A stretch of DNA of 31,632 nucleotides, from NCBI GenBank assembly GCA_947085095.1, contig CAMTVD010000027.1:1-31632 (forward strand), written 5' to 3'. Positions 7,080 through 18,681 of this stretch are shown piece after piece. The position numbers were made by a program, and so were the translations under genes. Each line of letters starts with the position of its first letter. Within the stretch, counting starts at the first letter, position 1. The stretch comes from an uncultured Thermus sp. GTDB taxonomy: Bacteria; Deinococcota; Deinococci; Deinococcales; Thermaceae. Below the pieces are notes generated by a model. That model saw nothing but the letters and a program-made list of their open reading frames with translations. It made no database searches and was not told the DNA's origin.

Positions 7080-10000
7080 CTACCACCGGTACAGGGTCCC
7101 CAGGCTGAAGCGCACGGTGTCGGCGGCCTCGAGGCCAAAGGAGAGGGCCAGGTCCGGGGTGAGGTCGTACCCCAGGGCGAAGTCCACGCGGGTCAGCCTG
7201 CCATCCCCGAACTGGAAGGTGGTGCCCAAGGCGAAGGTGAGGCCGTCCCGGCGGTACTGGGCGGAGAAGGTCTGCTCGCCCCTCAGGTCCACCTGGTAGC
7301 CCAGGAAGAGCTCGGGGCTCAGGTACTTGCCGATGGAGAAGCGGATGTCCTCCAGCTCCCCGCCCCCGAAGAGGGGCACCTGGATCTGGAATCGGTCCAG
7401 GCCGAGGGCCCTGGCCAGCTCCCGCTCCAGCTGGCCCAGGACCAGGTTTTCCAGGGCGGCCCCCAGGGCCACCTGGGGCAGGGTCTCCGTGAGGCGGGCC
7501 ACATCGGGGGTGCCCAGGGTGAGGAGGGCGTAGATCTCGGGCTCGGATAGAGAGGGCTCGGAGGTGAAGCGGGGCTCGAGGCGCACCTTTACCCGCCCGT
7601 TTTCCCTCACAAACTCCCCCGTGGCCTCCAGGAAGACCTTGTATCCCCGGGTTTCCGCCTGGGCCTTGAGGGCGAGTTCCGGCAGGATGCCCCGGTCGGG
7701 AGCGAAGCGGAGGCGGCTTTCCGCCGGGTCTAGGGTGAAGAGGGAGTCCCAGAGGCGGAAGTTCCCCCAAAGGGCCTGCACCTCGCCCGTGAGGAAGGGG
7801 TCCTGGTAGGTGCCCCCCAGGTAGACCTCCCCCCTAAGCTCCCCCTGGGCCAGGCGCTCCTGGACCAGGATGCCCCTTTCGGCGTAGAGCCGCACCCCGT
7901 CAAAGACCAGGGGGATGGGGGCGGGCTTTTCCGCCACCTTTACCCCTTCCGTGGAAAGCTGGCGCTGGCTGGCCTCGGGGATGGAAAGGCGGGCCCTCAG
8001 GACCTCGGCGTTCCCGGTGAGGTGGTAGGTGCCTTTTTCTTCGTAAAGGAAGAAACTCTTGACGTCCAGAAGCCCCTCTTGCAGGTAGTACTGGGGGTAG
8101 TAAAGGGGAAGCCGCCCGTACCCGGCCAGGCGCAAGGGGAAGAGGGTCCCCTGGGCCTCCGCCTCCCCCAGGCGGATCCCCACCCCGTAGGTGGGGTAGC
8201 GGAAGGTCAGCTGGGCCGGGATGTCTTCCTTGAGGCCGGGGAGGGATACGGCCCCTTGGGCGCTTACCTGGAAGGCCTCGAGGCTCCCCGCAAGCCCCAG
8301 CCGCCCCCGCCCGGGGAAGGGGGCGGTGAGGCTGAGCTCCCCCTCGGCCCTCGCCCCCCCATTCAGGGAGAGGAGGCCCCTGGGCAGGTAACCCGCCACC
8401 GGCCCCAGGCGGAAGCGGAAGTCCTCCGCCTGAACCTGGAACCCCTCCTCGGTGAGGCGCAAGGACAGGGTCCCCGAGCCCTCAGGCCGGTAGGGTTTGA
8501 GGGCCGGCACCACCTGGAGGACCGGGGTGAAGACGGTGTCCCTGAGGTTCAGGTGGAGGTCGCTCCCCCGGGGGCTCCAGTATCCTCCGCCTTCCCAGGA
8601 ACCCCTTCCGGAAAGGTGTAGGTGGTCCACGAAAAGCGTCTCCCCCTGGTAGCGGAAGGCGGCCCTCCCCTTGAGCTCGTCCCCGCCCCCGCGGAAGACC
8701 AGGCTCTCCCCCACCAAGACCCCCTCCCCCCGCCTGGGGTCGGAGAGGGGGAGGCGGAGGCGGACCGCTCCTGTCCAATAGGCCTCCCCCTCGAGGGGCC
8801 CGGCCACCGCCCCCAGGAGGAGGTGCAGAGGAAAGGCTCTGGGGGAGGCAAAGAGGTCCAGCCGGTCCCCGAAGAGGGTCCAGGCAAAGGGGCTCTCCCC
8901 GATGCGCCCCTCCCCCTGGACCCCGCCAGGGGCCAGATGGGCCTTCAGGCTCAGGGGAAGCCGCTTCTCCGCCACCTCCACGAAGCCCGCCACCTCCCCT
9001 TGGGCCATGGCCTCGCGGAACAGGACCCTCCCCGAGACCCGCCCCTTCAGGTAAGGGGCGTAGCGGGCGAGGAGGTCCTCCAGGGACGCCTCCTCCAAAG
9101 TGAGCTCCCCCTCCAGGGGCAGGAGCCGCCCCCGAACCCCGATCTGACCCACCCCCCCCGCCAAAACCCCCTCCACCCCGTAGCCATCCCCCTGGATCTG
9201 GCCCAGGAAACGGCTCTCCAGGGGGGGAAGGGGGAGGTCCAGCCTAAGCCCACCCCCGGCGGGGTAGGTGAGGCTTCCCGAGAGGTAGGGCCCCTCGGCC
9301 ACCAAGGCGGCCTCCTGGAGCCTTCCCGTGAGGTTGAGGGTCTGAGGACCGGCCCGGTAGTGGAGGCGGTAGGCCCCGGTGAGGTCCACCTCTCCCTCCA
9401 GGGCTCCTTCCCCCGCCGCCCACCAGGGGTTGGCGGGATGCTCCCCCCTCATGCGCACCCGGTCCCCTTTCCCCTCGAGGGCCAGGAGGAAGCCCCGAAG
9501 GTCCAGGGCAAGCCGCCCGGAAACCTCCCCCTCCTGGTAACGCAAGGCCCCCTCCCCTTCCGGGCTCGTGAGTTCCAGGGCCAGGCCTTTCAGGTCAAAC
9601 CGCCCCTCCAGGGGAAGCCCGAGCCCGGGAACGCGGTAGCCCAGGAGAAGGGCCTCCCCCTCGCCCCGGACCACGAGGCCATAGGGAAGCCGGGCCTCCC
9701 CTGCCGCCTCCCGGGAAAGGAGGTCCAGGGCCAGGCCCGCCACCTCCAGCCTGGGCCAGGATAGGCGCACCCGCTCCCCCAAAACCTCGCCCTCGAGGCG
9801 GGGAAGCCCCCTCCCCGAAAGCGCCACCCCTCCCTCCCGGAAGGCGAGCCGTCCTGCCCAAACCTCCTCCCAAGAGACCTGGCCCTCGAGGTCCCCAGAA
9901 AAGGCCAGGGAAAGCCCCTCCGTCCCCACCCGCCCCGCCGCCCGCGCCTCCCGCCCGAAGGCGGCGAGGGAAAGGTCCAGGGCCACGCCCGTATAGGGCC

Positions 10001-13000
10001 CCTCCGCCCGGCCGGAAAGGGTCAAGGGCCCGTAGCGGAAGCCGGAGAGGGTGAGGGCTATCCCCGCCAATCCCGCCTCCCCGGAAACCCCTTCCCCGAA
10101 GAGGGCTACCCGGAAGCCGGGAAGGCCCATAAGCCCCAGGGCCACCTCCCCGTAGCGGTAGGTGCCGGAAAGCCAGTCCCCGGGGTACTCCCCTTCCGCC
10201 TGAAGCTCCCCCAAACCCCGGGGCAAGGGACCCTCGTAGCGGTAGGCGAGGGCCAAAGGGGAAAAGCCAAGCCGCCCAGAAAGGGGGAGGTCCTCGCCCT
10301 TCAGGTCCAGGCCCAGGCCCCGCCCCAGGAGGCGGAGGGTCCCGTAAGGGGTGAAAAGCCTGGCCTCCCCAAAGACCTCCCCCAGATAGCCCGCCTCCGC
10401 AACGTAGCGGTAGGCCCCGCGGAGGGCGTACTCCCCGTGGCGCAAGCCCCCTTCCAGGGCCAGCCGCAGGCCCGGGCACGCCCCCAAGGGAGCGGGCAGG
10501 CAGAAGTTGCCCGTCCAAGCCCCCTGCCAAGCCCCTTCCCCGGCCAAACGTAGGGCCATCCCCTCCAGGTCCACCTCCCCCACCAGGGCCCCATAGCGGA
10601 GGACAAGCCTCCCGGAAAGCTCCTCCCGGTAGCGGGCCTCCCCCTGGAGACGGGGGCCCAGGAAGCGGAGGCGGAGGGCCTCGTCATACCCAGCCTCCAC
10701 CCTCTCCCCCAGGACCTCCCCCTTTAGCTCCGCCTTAAGGGGCCAGAGCCAGACCCTTCCGGAAAGCCGCCCCTCGGGCCTCTCCAGGGCCACGGCCAAG
10801 GGCTCCTCCCAAGGCCCCTCCCCCGCGGCGAGAAGCCGCACCGGGAGGCCAAAGGGGGTGAGGTCCTGGTCCAGGTGGAGGGAGAGCCGCCCCTCCTTTA
10901 GGAGGAGCCGGTACCCCTCCCCTTCCCCCCGCAGGACCAAAGCCCTGGGGTCCCATCCCTCCCCCTGGTAGCGGAAGGCGAAGGGAAGCCGCTCCCCCTC
11001 GCCCACCAAAGCCCCCTCCCCCTCCAGGGCAAGCCGGGGAAGCTCCCCGGAAAACCGCCCCTCCGCCTGCAAGCGGGCCTGGCCCAGAGCCCTCTGGTAA
11101 CGGGCCACCCCAGAAACCCCAAGGCCCAAAACCTCCCCCTCGGCCAGAAGACCCTCCCCCTGGACCCAAAAGCGCAAGGGACCTTCCCCAAGGGCCCTCA
11201 GCTCCAGGCCCCGCCCCAAGGCCCTGAGGCTTCCCCTGTACCCCTCGGGCCCGTGGCCCAGGTCCGCCTCCACTTGGAAGCCTCCCACCTCTCCTCGCCC
11301 TTTTACCCAAAGGGAAAGGCCATCCTCGTATCGGGCCAAGAGGGCCAGGGGAGCCTCCCACACCGCCTCCGCCTGAAGCCCCTCCCCCTGGAGGTGGAAG
11401 GGGCCCTCCTGGACCAGATGGCGGAGGCTTTTGAGCCGCCCCTCCACCCCGTAGCGGCTTCCCGCAAACCAGAAACGCCCCTCCCCCTCGGCGTAGGCCG
11501 AGGCGTGGCCCACCTCCCCCTCCCCCTTCAGGGCCAGGAGGTCCACCACCCCCCTAAGCCGGGTCTCCCCCAGGGCCTCCTCCTCGTACCGGGCCTGGAA
11601 CTTCAGGGCGGAAAGGGGCCCCGCAAAGCCCACCTCCACCCCCCGGTAGCGGAAGGCCCCCAAAGCCTCCTCCCCCAGGCGGAAAACCCCTTCGCCTTGG
11701 AGGTCCCCAAGGCCCCAAAGCCTACCCCCGCGCCAGTCCCAGGAGAGGCCCAAGCCCCTATCGGGGAGGTGAAGGCTAAGCCGCGTCCCCTGGTAGGTGG
11801 CGGCGATGGTCTCCGCCCCGTAGCGCAAATGGGCCTCCCCCTCCCCCTCCCCGGAGAGGTCCAGCCTGGCGCGAAGGCGGCCCTTCAAGGGCGCCCCCAG
11901 GGCCTCGGCCAGGGGAGCCACCTCCTCCAGGAAGAGGCCCACCTCCTGCCCCACCAGCCCCGCCTCCCCGCCCGGGAAACGGAGGGCGAGGGAAGGTTCC
12001 TCCTGGTAAGCCCCCCGCCAGGTAAAGGTAAGGCCCGCCCAAACCCCTTCCCCTTCCCCCCCCACCCTCAGGCCCTCCCCCTGGAAGTTCCCCAGAACCC
12101 GCCCCGCCCTGCCCAGGAGGGCAAAGGGCAGGTCCACCCTTCCCCTATAGCGGAGGCCTTCCCCTTCCAAGGCAATGGGACCCCGGATGCGGTAACGAAG
12201 CCCCCCCGCCGTCTCCACTTCCCCCTGGAAGGGGAGGGGGTCCAGGTGGGGCACCCGGGCCTCCCCCAGAACCTGGAAGCGCAAATCCCCCCAGGGGCCA
12301 CCTCCCTCCCCCCGGGCCAAGACCTCCACCCCGCCCTGGCGGTAGGCCCCCTGGAAGCGGAGGGTGGCCCCTTCCGGGGAAACCCGCCCCTCCCCCTCCA
12401 GGTAGGGGCTCCTAAACCGCACCTGGGCGGCAAGGAGCTCCTCCCCCAGGAAAAGGGCCTCGCCGTAGGGGGTCGCAAGCCGCATCCGCCCGCCCCGGTG
12501 CCCCCAGGTCCCGTAGGCCCGGGCCGGGAGACCCAGGGGACCCAGGTCGTACCCCTCCGCCTGAAGGAGGAGGGAAAGACCCCCCTCGTACCCCCCCAGG
12601 ACCCGGAGGCCCGGGGCCTGGCCCAAGAAGCGCAAACTGGCCCCCTTCCCAGAAAGGGCGAGCCGGAGATCCCCTTGGGGAAGCCCCACCTCCCCCCGGT
12701 AGGAAAGGGCGAGGAGGTCTGCCTTCCCCTTCAAGTTCCAGTCCCCAAGGACAGGGGCCTCTCCCCCTCCGGAAAGGACCAGGTCCCGCCAAGCCCCCTC
12801 CCCCCGCACCTCCCCGTAGGGGGTGGAAAGGAGGAGGCGCCCCCCCTCCAGGGTCCCCTCGCCCTGAAGCCGTCCCTCCGCCCCCCGGTAGCGGAAGGGG
12901 AGGGAGAAGCGGAAGGGGAACCCCTCCTTAAAGGCCACCTCCCCCACCCCCAGGACCTCCGCCCCCTCCCGGGTCAGGCGGAAGGCCAGGGGAGGGGTCT

Positions 13001-15080
13001 CCAGGCCCTCGAGCCGGGGAGGAAGGAGCCTGCCGGAAAGGCGCACCTCGGGGTAGACCTCCCCCTCCCCCTCCGCGTATCCGGAAAGGCTCAGAACCAG
13101 GCGCCTCCCCGCCCCCAGAAGCCTTCCCTCAACCCCGTAGGGCGTGGTGACAAGGGCGAAGCCGGAAAAGCCCCCATCGTAGGCCAGGTCGGCCTCGAGG
13201 CCCACCCCCCCAAGCTCCCCCTCGCCCACGAGACGGAGGGCCTCCTTGTAGGTGAGGCGAAGGCCCAGGCCCTCCAGGAGCAGGCCGGGCCCCGGGTCGT
13301 ACCGCCCCTCGAGGGGCACCTCCCCCAGGGGGGTGAGGAGTTTTCCGGCCAGATCCGCCCCCAAACGCCTCAGCCCCGCCCTCATCTCCAGGTACCGCCC
13401 CTGCAGGAAAAGCCTCCCGGAAAGCCCGCCTTCCCGGTATAGGGCCTCTCCAGTTAGCCGCATCTCGTCCAGGGCACGGATGGGAAGACCCCTGAGCCTC
13501 AGGGCCAAAGCCCCGCCCCGGTAACTCCCTTCCCCGTAAGGGCTCTGGAAACGGAAACCCCAGGCCTCCTGGCGCACGCCCACGGGAAAGCGGGCGTAGG
13601 GGGAGTCGTAGAGGAGTTCGGCGCCAAGCCTCCCCCCAAGGAGCCTCCCCTCCCCCTCGAGGCTTCCCACCGCCATGGGGGTGGGGGCCAGGGCCAGGGC
13701 GAGGCTACCCCAGGTGCCGGAAAGGGAGAGGGGACCCAGCCGCCCCCAGACCCAGTCCCCCTCCCCCCGCACCTCCCCCGAAAGATCCAGGGGGGCAAAG
13801 AGGGGAAGGCGGACCCCAGGGCTTTCCACACCCAGCCGCCAGCGCCTGCCCTCCCCAGAGAAGGCCACCTCCGCCAGGCCCTCCAGGGGCTTGGGCCAGG
13901 CGGCCTTGCCCCGGATCTGGAGCCCATTCCCCTCCCCCTCCAAGGCCAGGAGGCTCCCCAGGGTGTCCCGGTAGCTTCCCCGGTATTTGGGCCCCTCCAG
14001 GGCCAAGCCCATGGCGTACGTCCGGTCAAAGAGCCTGCCCTCCGCCTCCGCCTCCAGGGAGAAGACCCGGTCAAAGGCCAGCCTCCCCCGGTGACGGAAG
14101 GGCTCACCCAGAAGCCTTCCCTCCCCCGCAAACCGCCCCCGGACCCGGACCGCCTCCCACCCCTCCCCCTCCAGGACAAGCCGCCCCTCCCCCTCCACGG
14201 GCAGGGCGAGGCCGTAGTGCCGCGCCAGGGCGGGAAGCCTAGGCTGGCCTTCCATCCGGAAGCGGTAGCGTTCCCCTCTTAGGTCCACCTGGGCCCTGGC
14301 CCAAAGGGGCCCCTCGAGGCCCACCCCCCTAAGCCGCGCCTCCACCCGGTCATCCCCCAGGGCCAGATCCCCCTCCACCCGGGTGAGGAGGAAGCCCACG
14401 AGCTCCACCACACCCCCCTCCAGCTGGGCCCTGCCCTCCATCCCCGAAGGCCCGGCGCGAAAAACTCCAAAGAGCCTCCCGCCCTGGAGCCCCGGGTAGA
14501 AAAAGGAAAGCCCCCGCACCTCCCCCCCAAAGGCCACCTCCCAGGCGGAAAGGTCAGGGGAAAGGGCCCTGGCCTCCCCCTGGAAACTACCCCCAGGGAG
14601 CCGGGCCAAAAAGCGGTAGGGGTTCTCCCCAAGGAGGGTGAGGCGCAAAGGGGGGAGGAAGAGGCGCTTGCCCTTGGGAAGCGCCACTTCCGTCTCCTCT
14701 AGCCTCAGGGCCCGGAAGACCACCCGAATCGGCGGGGGCGGCCCCGGCCTCTCGGGGATGAGGGCCTCCCAGGTGGGGCGAAGCCTCGCCCCCTTCAGGG
14801 CCAGGGAGAGGGGGAGCTCCCGCCTCAAGAGGCCCAGGAGGTCGTAGGAGAGGTCCACCTCCTCCGCCCAGAGCTCCAGCCCCTCCCCCTGCAAGGCCAC
14901 CCTCTTCAGACGCAAACCAAAGAGGAAATGCCCCGAAACCTCCCCCACGCTTCCCCGAAAGCCCAAAAGGGGCAAAGCCCGGTCCACCGCTCCCTTCAGG
15001 AGGGGAGGCCAGGCGGGGAGGAGGAGGAAAAGCCCCAGGAAGAGGAGGAGAAGGAGGCCCCGCCGCATCTTCCTTAGCAT
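7080..15080 (-). CDS. tamB: Giant TamB/AsmA-like translocation-assembly protein (2666 aa)
   Basis: N-terminal membrane anchor and a long Gly-rich amphipathic beta-strand repeat body. C-terminal DUF490-like region (L.GT...[37 protein letters not shown]). Confidence 0.85.
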   Translation of the reverse strand: MLRKMRRGLLLLLFLGLFLLLPAWPPLLKGAVDRALPLLGFRGSVGEVSGHFLFGLRLKRVALQGEGLELWAEEVDLSYDLLGLLRRELPLSLALKGARLRPTWEALIPERPGPPPPIRVVFRALRLEETEVALPKGKRLFLPPLRLTLLGENPYRFLARLPGGSFQGEARALSPDLSAWEVAFGGEVRGLSFFYPGLQGGRLFGVFRAGPSGMEGRAQLEGGVVELVGFLLTRVEGDLALGDDRVEARLRGVGLEGPLWARAQVDLRGERYRFRMEGQPRLPALARHYGLALPVEGEGRLVLEGEGWEAVRVRGRFAGEGRLLGEPFRHRGRLAFDRVFSLEAEAEGRLFDRTYAMGLALEGPKYRGSYRDTLGSLLALEGEGNGLQIRGKAAWPKPLEGLAEVAFSGEGRRWRLGVESPGVRLPLFAPLDLSGEVRGEGDWVWGRLGPLSLSGTWGSLALALAPTPMAVGSLEGEGRLLGGRLGAELLYDSPYARFPVGVRQEAWGFRFQSPYGEGSYRGGALALRLRGLPIRALDEMRLTGEALYREGGLSGRLFLQGRYLEMRAGLRRLGADLAGKLLTPLGEVPLEGRYDPGPGLLLEGLGLRLTYKEALRLVGEGELGGVGLEADLAYDGGFSGFALVTTPYGVEGRLLGAGRRLVLSLSGYAEGEGEVYPEVRLSGRLLPPRLEGLETPPLAFRLTREGAEVLGVGEVAFKEGFPFRFSLPFRYRGAEGRLQGEGTLEGGRLLLSTPYGEVRGEGAWRDLVLSGGGEAPVLGDWNLKGKADLLALSYRGEVGLPQGDLRLALSGKGASLRFLGQAPGLRVLGGYEGGLSLLLQAEGYDLGPLGLPARAYGTWGHRGGRMRLATPYGEALFLGEELLAAQVRFRSPYLEGEGRVSPEGATLRFQGAYRQGGVEVLARGEGGGPWGDLRFQVLGEARVPHLDPLPFQGEVETAGGLRYRIRGPIALEGEGLRYRGRVDLPFALLGRAGRVLGNFQGEGLRVGGEGEGVWAGLTFTWRGAYQEEPSLALRFPGGEAGLVGQEVGLFLEEVAPLAEALGAPLKGRLRARLDLSGEGEGEAHLRYGAETIAATYQGTRLSLHLPDRGLGLSWDWRGGRLWGLGDLQGEGVFRLGEEALGAFRYRGVEVGFAGPLSALKFQARYEEEALGETRLRGVVDLLALKGEGEVGHASAYAEGEGRFWFAGSRYGVEGRLKSLRHLVQEGPFHLQGEGLQAEAVWEAPLALLARYEDGLSLWVKGRGEVGGFQVEADLGHGPEGYRGSLRALGRGLELRALGEGPLRFWVQGEGLLAEGEVLGLGVSGVARYQRALGQARLQAEGRFSGELPRLALEGEGALVGEGERLPFAFRYQGEGWDPRALVLRGEGEGYRLLLKEGRLSLHLDQDLTPFGLPVRLLAAGEGPWEEPLAVALERPEGRLSGRVWLWPLKAELKGEVLGERVEAGYDEALRLRFLGPRLQGEARYREELSGRLVLRYGALVGEVDLEGMALRLAGEGAWQGAWTGNFCLPAPLGACPGLRLALEGGLRHGEYALRGAYRYVAEAGYLGEVFGEARLFTPYGTLRLLGRGLGLDLKGEDLPLSGRLGFSPLALAYRYEGPLPRGLGELQAEGEYPGDWLSGTYRYGEVALGLMGLPGFRVALFGEGVSGEAGLAGIALTLSGFRYGPLTLSGRAEGPYTGVALDLSLAAFGREARAAGRVGTEGLSLAFSGDLEGQVSWEEVWAGRLAFREGGVALSGRGLPRLEGEVLGERVRLSWPRLEVAGLALDLLSREAAGEARLPYGLVVRGEGEALLLGYRVPGLGLPLEGRFDLKGLALELTSPEGEGALRYQEGEVSGRLALDLRGFLLALEGKGDRVRMRGEHPANPWWAAGEGALEGEVDLTGAYRLHYRAGPQTLNLTGRLQEAALVAEGPYLSGSLTYPAGGGLRLDLPLPPLESRFLGQIQGDGYGVEGVLAGGVGQIGVRGRLLPLEGELTLEEASLEDLLARYAPYLKGRVSGRVLFREAMAQGEVAGFVEVAEKRLPLSLKAHLAPGGVQGEGRIGESPFAWTLFGDRLDLFASPRAFPLHLLLGAVAGPLEGEAYWTGAVRLRLPLSDPRRGEGVLVGESLVFRGGGDELKGRAAFRYQGETLFVDHLHLSGRGSWEGGGYWSPRGSDLHLNLRDTVFTPVLQVVPALKPYRPEGSGTLSLRLTEEGFQVQAEDFRFRLGPVAGYLPRGLLSLNGGARAEGELSLTAPFPGRGRLGLAGSLEAFQVSAQGAVSLPGLKEDIPAQLTFRYPTYGVGIRLGEAEAQGTLFPLRLAGYGRLPLYYPQYYLQEGLLDVKSFFLYEEKGTYHLTGNAEVLRARLSIPEASQRQLSTEGVKVAEKPAPIPLVFDGVRLYAERGILVQERLAQGELRGEVYLGGTYQDPFLTGEVQALWGNFRLWDSLFTLDPAESRLRFAPDRGILPELALKAQAETRGYKVFLEATGEFVRENGRVKVRLEPRFTSEPSLSEPEIYALLTLGTPDVARLTETLPQVALGAALENLVLGQLERELARALGLDRFQIQVPLFGGGELEDIRFSIGKYLSPELFLGYQVDLRGEQTFSAQYRRDGLTFALGTTFQFGDGRLTRVDFALGYDLTPDLALSFGLEAADTVRFSLGTLYRW

Positions 15081-15127
15081 AGGGAGGAGAGATGAAAACT
15101 GCGTGGCAAGGGGGCTAAAATGGCCCC

Positions 15128-15394
15128 ATGCCGCGCCTGGTGGCTCTGGTCAAGGGAAGGGTGCAGGGGGTGGGGTATAGGGCCTTCGCCCAGAGGAAGG
15201 CCCTGGAGCTGGGGCTTTCCGGCTACGCGGAGAACCTTCCCGACGGCCGGGTAGAGGTGGTGGCCGAGGGCCCCGAGGAAGACCTAAAGGCCTTCCTGCA
15301 CCACCTCAAGCAGGGCCCCCGCCTGGCCCGGGTGGAGGAGGTGGAGGTCCACTGGGCCGAGGCCACCGGCCTAAGGGGGTTTTACGTGTACTGA
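15128..15394 (+). CDS. acyP: Acylphosphatase
   Basis: [35 protein letters not shown]. Confidence 0.95.
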   Translation: MPRLVALVKGRVQGVGYRAFAQRKALELGLSGYAENLPDGRVEVVAEGPEEDLKAFLHHLKQGPRLARVEEVEVHWAEATGLRGFYVY

Positions 15395-17028
15395 GCCCAG
15401 GCCTGGGGCCTGACCCCCGCCCTCAGGAGGGCCTCGGCCAGGGCCTCCTTGAGCTCCCTAAGCCCCGTGCCCTTCACCGCCGAAACCGGCACCCCCCCAA
15501 GCCGCTCCCGCAGGAAGAGAACATCGTAGGGGGCCGCCCGGTCCACCTTGGCGAGGGCCAGGACCCTGGGGGCCTCCACCCCAAGCTCCCTTAGGAGGTC
15601 CTCCACCACCCGGTACCGGCCCATGGCCCCCTCCTCGGAGGCGTCCAGGACGTGAATCAGGAGGTCGGCCTCCCTGACCTCCTCCAGGGTAGCCCTAAAG
15701 GCGGTGAGGAGCTCCTCGGGCATCTTCCGGATGAAGCCCACGGTGTCCGTGAAGAGGACCTCCCCCACCCCAGGAAGGAAGCCCCGCCGGGTGAGGGGGC
15801 GTAAGGTGGCGAAGAGCTTGTCCTCCCCCGCCTCCCCGCCCCGGGCCAGGGCGGAAAGGAGGGTGGTCTTGCCCGCGTTGGTGTAGCCCACCACGGCGAT
15901 GAGGGGAATGCCCCTCCGCTTCCTCTGCCGCCTGGCCTCCTCCCGGCGGTGGGCGTACTCGGCAAGCTTGCGGGAGAGGTGGGTGATCCTCTCCAAAAGC
16001 CGCCTCCGGTCCACTTCCAGCTTGGTCTCCCCCGGGCCCCGGGTGCCGATCCCACCCCCCAGACGGCTCATCTCCTTCCCCTTGCCCACCAGGCGGGGGA
16101 GGAGGTATTTGAGCTGGGCCAGCTCCACCTGGGCCTGGGCCTCAGGGGTCTTGGCGTGGAGGGCGAAGATGTCCAGGATCAGCTGGGTGCGGTCCAGAAC
16201 TTTAAGCCCCGTGGCCTTCTCAATCTCCCGGGCCTGGGCGGGGGAGAGCTCCAGGCCGAAGATCAGCGTGGAGGCGTTCTCGTGGTAGGCCAGGCTCTTC
16301 AGCTCCTCCAGCTTGCCGAGGCCCACCAGGTACCTGGGGTCCAGGTGCTGCCGGAAGACCAGGACCCGCTTCACCGGCACCCCGCCTGCGGTGCGGGTGA
16401 GCTCGGAAAGCTCCTCCAGGCCCGCCTCCGCCTCCGGCCCCTCCCCCAGGTCCACCCCCACCAGGATGGCCCGCTCCCCGCTCCCGTCCAAAAGCTCCCG
16501 CACCCGGGCCTGGCGGGCCATCTCCTCCTCCAAGGCCTCCACCTCACTTTTCAGGTCCAGGTCCAGGTACTGGAAGTAGGGCTTCGGGGGCAGGATGCGC
16601 CAGTCCTCCCCCGTCTTAGGGGGGGCCAGGAAGGCCAGGTGCAAGGTGGTGGGCCGCCCCTCCTCCACCTCCAAAGCCGCCAGGTTGTCCAGGCGGTTCA
16701 GGAAGAGGACGGAGAGGTCCGGGCGGGAAAGACCCCCAGGGGAGAGGTGGGTGTGGAGGAGGCGGAAACCGGAAAGCCGCCTCTCCCCCTTGGCTCCCTC
16801 GGGGATGGGGAGGTCCTTGGCGTCCCCCACCCCCACCCGCACCACCCGGCCCTCCCGGTCCAGGAGGAGGGCCAGGGGACGCCCCACCTCCTGCGTGAGG
16901 GCGGCCAAGGCCTGGGCCAGCTCGGGGGTGAGGACCCGCTCTTTAGGAATGCGCCGCCGGTAAAGGTTAGAAAGCTTCTTCAGCTCGCTCTTCTTGAGCC
17001 CCTCGGTCTTCCCGAAGATCTTCTCCAA
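15382..17028 (-). CDS. hflX: GTPase HflX, long form with an extra N-terminal domain
   Basis: [57 protein letters not shown] 17028 is preceded by GAGGAAG and TATACT (17038-17043). Confidence 0.93.
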   Translation of the reverse strand: MEKIFGKTEGLKKSELKKLSNLYRRRIPKERVLTPELAQALAALTQEVGRPLALLLDREGRVVRVGVGDAKDLPIPEGAKGERRLSGFRLLHTHLSPGGLSRPDLSVLFLNRLDNLAALEVEEGRPTTLHLAFLAPPKTGEDWRILPPKPYFQYLDLDLKSEVEALEEEMARQARVRELLDGSGERAILVGVDLGEGPEAEAGLEELSELTRTAGGVPVKRVLVFRQHLDPRYLVGLGKLEELKSLAYHENASTLIFGLELSPAQAREIEKATGLKVLDRTQLILDIFALHAKTPEAQAQVELAQLKYLLPRLVGKGKEMSRLGGGIGTRGPGETKLEVDRRRLLERITHLSRKLAEYAHRREEARRQRKRRGIPLIAVVGYTNAGKTTLLSALARGGEAGEDKLFATLRPLTRRGFLPGVGEVLFTDTVGFIRKMPEELLTAFRATLEEVREADLLIHVLDASEEGAMGRYRVVEDLLRELGVEAPRVLALAKVDRAAPYDVLFLRERLGGVPVSAVKGTGLRELKEALAEALLRAGVRPQAWAQYT

Positions 17029-17068
17029 TGCTTCCTCAGTATAGCAGAAGCCCGGTAGAGTGGAGGGC

Positions 17069-17698
17069 GTGCGCGGGCTTCCCCTCCTCCTTCTCCTCAC
17101 GCCCCTGGCCCTGGCCCAGGAGGCCCACGCCTGGATCGTGGTCCTGGGGGCGGCCCAGTACGGGGGAAGGCCCTCCCCCGCCCTGGAAAGGCGCCTGGAC
17201 CTGGCCCTTGCCCTCTACCAAAAGGGCCTGGCCCCCCGCATCGCCGTGGCCGGGGGGAAGGCCCCGGGGGACCAGATCAGCGAGGGGGAGGTGGGCTGCC
17301 GCCACCTCAGGGAGCGGGGGGTTCCTGAGGAGGCCCTCCTCTGCGAAACCCAAAGCCAGAGCACCTACGAGAACCTCCTCTTCCTCAGGCCCCACCTGGC
17401 AGGCAGGGTCCTCCTGGTCACCGACACCCCCCACCTCCCTCGGGCCCTCTTCCTGGCCCGCCTCCTGGGCCTGGAGGCGGAAGGCCACCCCGTCCCCGGC
17501 CGCTACCCCCCGGGCTACTGGCTCCGGGAAACCCTGTACCGCCTGTGGCTCTACCTGGGCCTGAGGCCCCTTCCCAGGGGGCGGGGGCCTACTTTTCTTC
17601 CAACCGCCCTAAGGAGTCCAGATAGCCCTGCAAAAGGGCCCGGAACTGGCCCAAGAACAGGGCCTTCTCCTGCCTGGCCCGCTCCATCTCCCCCCTGA
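17069..17698 (+). CDS. YdcF/DUF218-family protein
   Basis: IVVLGAA...PSPAL..RL..A, GG, SE, E.QS.STYENL, LVTD.PHLPRA. Start at 17060 or 17069. The 3' end overlaps divIVA by 110 bp. Confidence 0.82.
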   Translation: MRGLPLLLLLTPLALAQEAHAWIVVLGAAQYGGRPSPALERRLDLALALYQKGLAPRIAVAGGKAPGDQISEGEVGCRHLRERGVPEEALLCETQSQSTYENLLFLRPHLAGRVLLVTDTPHLPRALFLARLLGLEAEGHPVPGRYPPGYWLRETLYRLWLYLGLRPLPRGRGPTFLPTALRSPDSPAKGPGTGPRTGPSPAWPAPSPP

Positions 17699-18038
17699 GG
17701 CGCCGAAGCTCCTCGGCGGCCTCCCTGAGGACCTGCTCCTTGGCGGCCAGGGCCTCCTTGCGGATGAGCTCCGCCTCCTTTTCCGCCTGGGCCTTGAGTT
17801 CCCGGGCGATGCGCTCGGCGGCCACCACCGCCCGCTTCAGCTCCCCCTCCGCCTCCTTCAGACGGGCATTCTCCTCCTCCAAGGCCTGGAGTTGCGCCTT
17901 GAGGGTCTCGTTTTCCCGGATGAGGCCCTCCATCACCTCGGCCACCTGGGCCAGGTAGGCCCGCACCGCCGCCTTCTGGTAGCCGCGAAGCCCCGTGGGG
18001 AACTCCTGGTAGCGAACGTCCAGGGGAGTCAGGTCCAT
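17589..18038 (-). CDS. divIVA: DivIVA-domain cell division protein
   Basis: LTPLDV..QEF...LRGY...V..YL, followed by a long coiled coil. Confidence 0.9.
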   Translation of the reverse strand: MDLTPLDVRYQEFPTGLRGYQKAAVRAYLAQVAEVMEGLIRENETLKAQLQALEEENARLKEAEGELKRAVVAAERIARELKAQAEKEAELIRKEALAAKEQVLREAAEELRRLRGEMERARQEKALFLGQFRALLQGYLDSLGRLEEK

Positions 18039-18045
18039 GTGTTCC

Positions 18046-18681
18046 TCAGTCTACAAAAAGGGCCCGGCCGATCCGCACCAGGGTGGCCCCCTCCTCCACC
18101 GCCCACTCGTAGTCCTCGGACATGCCCATGGAGCGCTCGGGAAGGCCAAAGCGGTCGGCGAGCAGGGAGAGCCTGCGGAAGATGGGCCGGACCACCCCTT
18201 CGGGCCCCATCGGGGGCACGGTCATGAGGCCCAGGACCTCGAGGTGGGGCATCTCCCGGATCCGGGCCATGGCCTCGGGGAGCTCCTCCTCCAGAAAGCC
18301 GTGCTTCTTTGGCTCCCGGCCCAGGTTCACCTCCACCAAAACCCTAAGCCGCATCCCCGCCTTCGCCCCCACCCCCTCCAGGGCCTCGGCCAGGCGCAAG
18401 GAGTCCAGGGAGTGGATGAGGTGGAACCGGGGGGCGAACTTGGCCTTGTTGCGCTGGAGAGGGCCCACCAGGTGCCACTCGGCGGAAAGGGCCTCCATCT
18501 TCCTCAAGGCCTCCTGCACCCGGCTCTCCCCCAAGGGGAAGGGGCCATAGCGGAGGACCCTATCCCGGATCTCCTCCACCGTGCGCCCCTTGGTCACCGC
18601 CACGAGCCGGACCCCCTCGGGGTCCCGCCCGGCCCTCCGGCAGGCCTGGGAAATCCTCTCCAGGACCTCGGGCAGGCCCAT
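18046..18681 (-). CDS. yggS: YggS-family PLP homeostasis protein
   Basis: LVAVTK, GESRVQEA, WHLVGPLQRNK, HSLDS, GLMT, SMGMSEDY..AVEEGATLVRIG. Confidence 0.92.
   Translation of the reverse strand: MGLPEVLERISQACRRAGRDPEGVRLVAVTKGRTVEEIRDRVLRYGPFPLGESRVQEALRKMEALSAEWHLVGPLQRNKAKFAPRFHLIHSLDSLRLAEALEGVGAKAGMRLRVLVEVNLGREPKKHGFLEEELPEAMARIREMPHLEVLGLMTVPPMGPEGVVRPIFRRLSLLADRFGLPERSMGMSEDYEWAVEEGATLVRIGRALFVD

Noticed and set aside
7069..7770. N-terminal extension of tdh in the 577-aa ORF
   Set aside because: Alternative frame of the tamB 3' end, with Pro/Gly/Arg composition typical of off-frame reading.
11253..13442. 729-aa plus-strand ORF (and the 380-aa ORF at 8622-9764) inside tamB
   Set aside because: Antisense shadows with no recognisable domain or translation signals.
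7080..15080. Abundant G/C runs as G-quadruplex or phase-variation tracts
   Set aside because: Explained by Gly/Glu codons (GGG GAG GGG) in the beta-strand repeats; the reading frame is intact.
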